Assembly: GCA_021827875.1 (NCBI GenBank)
Contig: JAKAUA010000006.1
Location: 1 to 35,149 of the forward strand
Length of the DNA: 35,149 nucleotides
Direction: 5' to 3'
Origin: a bacterium
GTDB taxonomy: Bacteria; Babelota; Babeliae; Babelales; Vermiphilaceae
Below, one piece after another: positions 34,108 through 35,149 of this stretch (position 1 is the first letter of the stretch; each line of letters begins with the position of its first letter). Made by a program: the position numbers and the translations under genes. The notes beneath the pieces are model-generated. The model made no database searches, was not told where the DNA came from, and saw nothing but the letters and a program-made list of their open reading frames with translations.

Positions 34108-34830
34108 CTATTCCTTGTTCTGTTCAATAAACCATTGATGCACGCGATCATGAAAAATTTCGTCCAATTCGCCCTCTTCCATACGCATTGGCTTGCCAAT
34201 GATTATGGTAACCGGCGCACGAGTTACCCAAAAAGAATCGCGCGGATACACCACATTAACTCCCTTAATAAACACTGGTACTATGGGGCGATTCATTTTT
34301 TTTGCCAGTATAACAAAGCCAGCAAAAAAATCATGAATTTTACCATCATCATAGCGGCCACCCTCAGGAAAGATTACTACATGAGTGCGCTTGCCATTCA
34401 CTTTTTTTATAGCAGCAATCAAACTACGCATACCGGCCAATGGACTACTGGTATCAACTAATACCGCAACTTTAGGCAAAATAAAGCGCAATAGACGCCA
34501 GCTCATCAAATAACTCAGCGCCATCCACAGATGAGGATAGCGATGCATAACCATAACAAGAAGCGGTATATCCAAATACGATTGGTGATTGGCAACAATA
34601 ACAGCCGGCTCGTGCGGCATGTTCTCTTGCCCCACGTACGTTATTGGTAGAAAGCAGAGTTTAAAAAGAAGCCAACAAAGACTGTATTCCAACCAATAAA
34701 ATAGTTTGCTTTCAAAACCATAGCGCGCAGGTAATAGCAAAAGAATCAGAAAAGGTACCAAATAAGTTGCTATTAAAATAAAGGCAATAAGTCGCGCATA
34801 GAGCGTCCACAATATTGTTGTTGCTTTCAT
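34108..34830 (-). CDS. plsC: 1-acyl-sn-glycerol-3-phosphate acyltransferase
   Basis: 240 aa with an N-terminal TM, the HX4D motif NHQSYLDIP, and FPEGGR. The stop lies 2 nt before the batA start. Confidence 0.85.
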   Translation of the reverse strand: MKATTILWTLYARLIAFILIATYLVPFLILLLLPARYGFESKLFYWLEYSLCWLLFKLCFLPITYVGQENMPHEPAVIVANHQSYLDIPLLVMVMHRYPHLWMALSYLMSWRLLRFILPKVAVLVDTSSPLAGMRSLIAAIKKVNGKRTHVVIFPEGGRYDDGKIHDFFAGFVILAKKMNRPIVPVFIKGVNVVYPRDSFWVTRAPVTIIIGKPMRMEEGELDEIFHDRVHQWFIEQNKE

Positions 34831-34850
34831 ACAATCCTTTTTAAATGTAA

Positions 34851-35149
34851 TTATTCTGAATAATAAAGGCTACGCTGTTCATGCATTTTTTTAATATAAA
34901 AGTTAGTTATATAACAGATAGGAAGAATAAACAAACATAATCCATACAGTAGTTGTACGAATAGTGCTATTGGAGAGCCTGAAGCTGCTATATAAGGAGC
35001 CACCCATTGCAATCCCCATGCCGGCAAACAATAACCAATAATCCAAAAAGGTATATTGTAAATGAAAAATTTAATTGATCGCCAAATGGAATGGAAAAAA
35101 TTTGAAATAGTAGCTGAACCACCAACAAAAAATAATACTGACAGACATG
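34851..35149 (-). CDS. C-terminal fragment of a polytopic membrane protein (5' end outside the window)
   Basis: Open minus-strand frame from the window edge to a TAA at 34851-34853. It translates to ...FWIIGYCLPAWGLQWVAPYIAASGSPIALFVQLLYGLCLFILPICYITNFYIKKMHEQRSLYYSE. Not in the ORF track because no start lies within the window. Confidence 0.4.
   Translation of the reverse strand, partial: CLSVLFFVGGSATISNFFHSIWRSIKFFIYNIPFWIIGYCLPAWGLQWVAPYIAASGSPIALFVQLLYGLCLFILPICYITNFYIKKMHEQRSLYYSE

Noticed and set aside
1-35149. CRISPR arrays, IS elements or transposases, integrases, phage genes, toxin-antitoxin pairs and known defence genes.
   Set aside because: No regularly spaced repeats were seen beyond the single 33-bp x2 tandem. 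No ORF shows DDE, tyrosine- or serine-recombinase, Cas, restriction-modification or classic TA motifs on inspection. This was a by-eye screen, so short or degenerate elements could be missed.

Overview
AT-rich (roughly 38-40% GC by eye) bacterial chromosomal segment that is almost entirely coding. I found no CRISPR array, IS element, integrase or phage genes.

Layout: a short + strand block (5'-truncated M48 peptidase, then a pgi-zwf-gnd oxidative pentose-phosphate operon) converges at about 4.6-4.9 kb on a roughly 30-kb run of minus-strand genes. Only one + strand gene (13662-14330) interrupts that run.

Minus-strand genes in coordinate order:
- pth, prs, an OmpH/Skp-like chaperone and a large secreted Sel1-repeat protein
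- an Atm1-like ABC exporter, two tandem TVP38/DedA-like membrane proteins and a coiled-coil protein
- sufCBDS
- a PilB/GspE-type ATPase whose N-terminal domain is a separate ORF
- HU, tRNA-Leu(UAA), tRNA-Cys(GCA) and a rhodanese lipoprotein
- two signal peptidase I paralogs flanking a NUDIX gene
- four small secreted or membrane protein genes
- an M23 peptidase, batEDCBA, plsC and a truncated membrane protein gene

The gene content (Sel1 protein, Bat operon, minimal Suf, PPP, type IV pilus ATPase, tight overlapping operons) fits a reduced-genome, possibly host-associated Gram-negative lineage such as Dependentiae/TM6. That is inference only.

Most interesting observations:
1. A 2.1-kb four-gene cassette is bracketed by perfect 45-bp direct repeats. 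One repeat is the 3' end of the M23 peptidase gene and the other is a displaced gene-end relic, which resembles an attL/attR pair.
2. Three of the cassette genes form an unrecognised paralog family with a conserved C-terminal two-cysteine module.
3. A GC-rich element between gnd and pth folds into a compact multi-branch structure built from long-range inverted repeats. It is a candidate unclassified structured RNA.
4. A split PilB (MshEN-type N-domain ORF plus ATPase ORF, GTGA overlap) has no other pilus genes nearby.
5. The Bat operon lacks moxR and DUF58 in the window and is fused into a plsC...M23 transcription unit.
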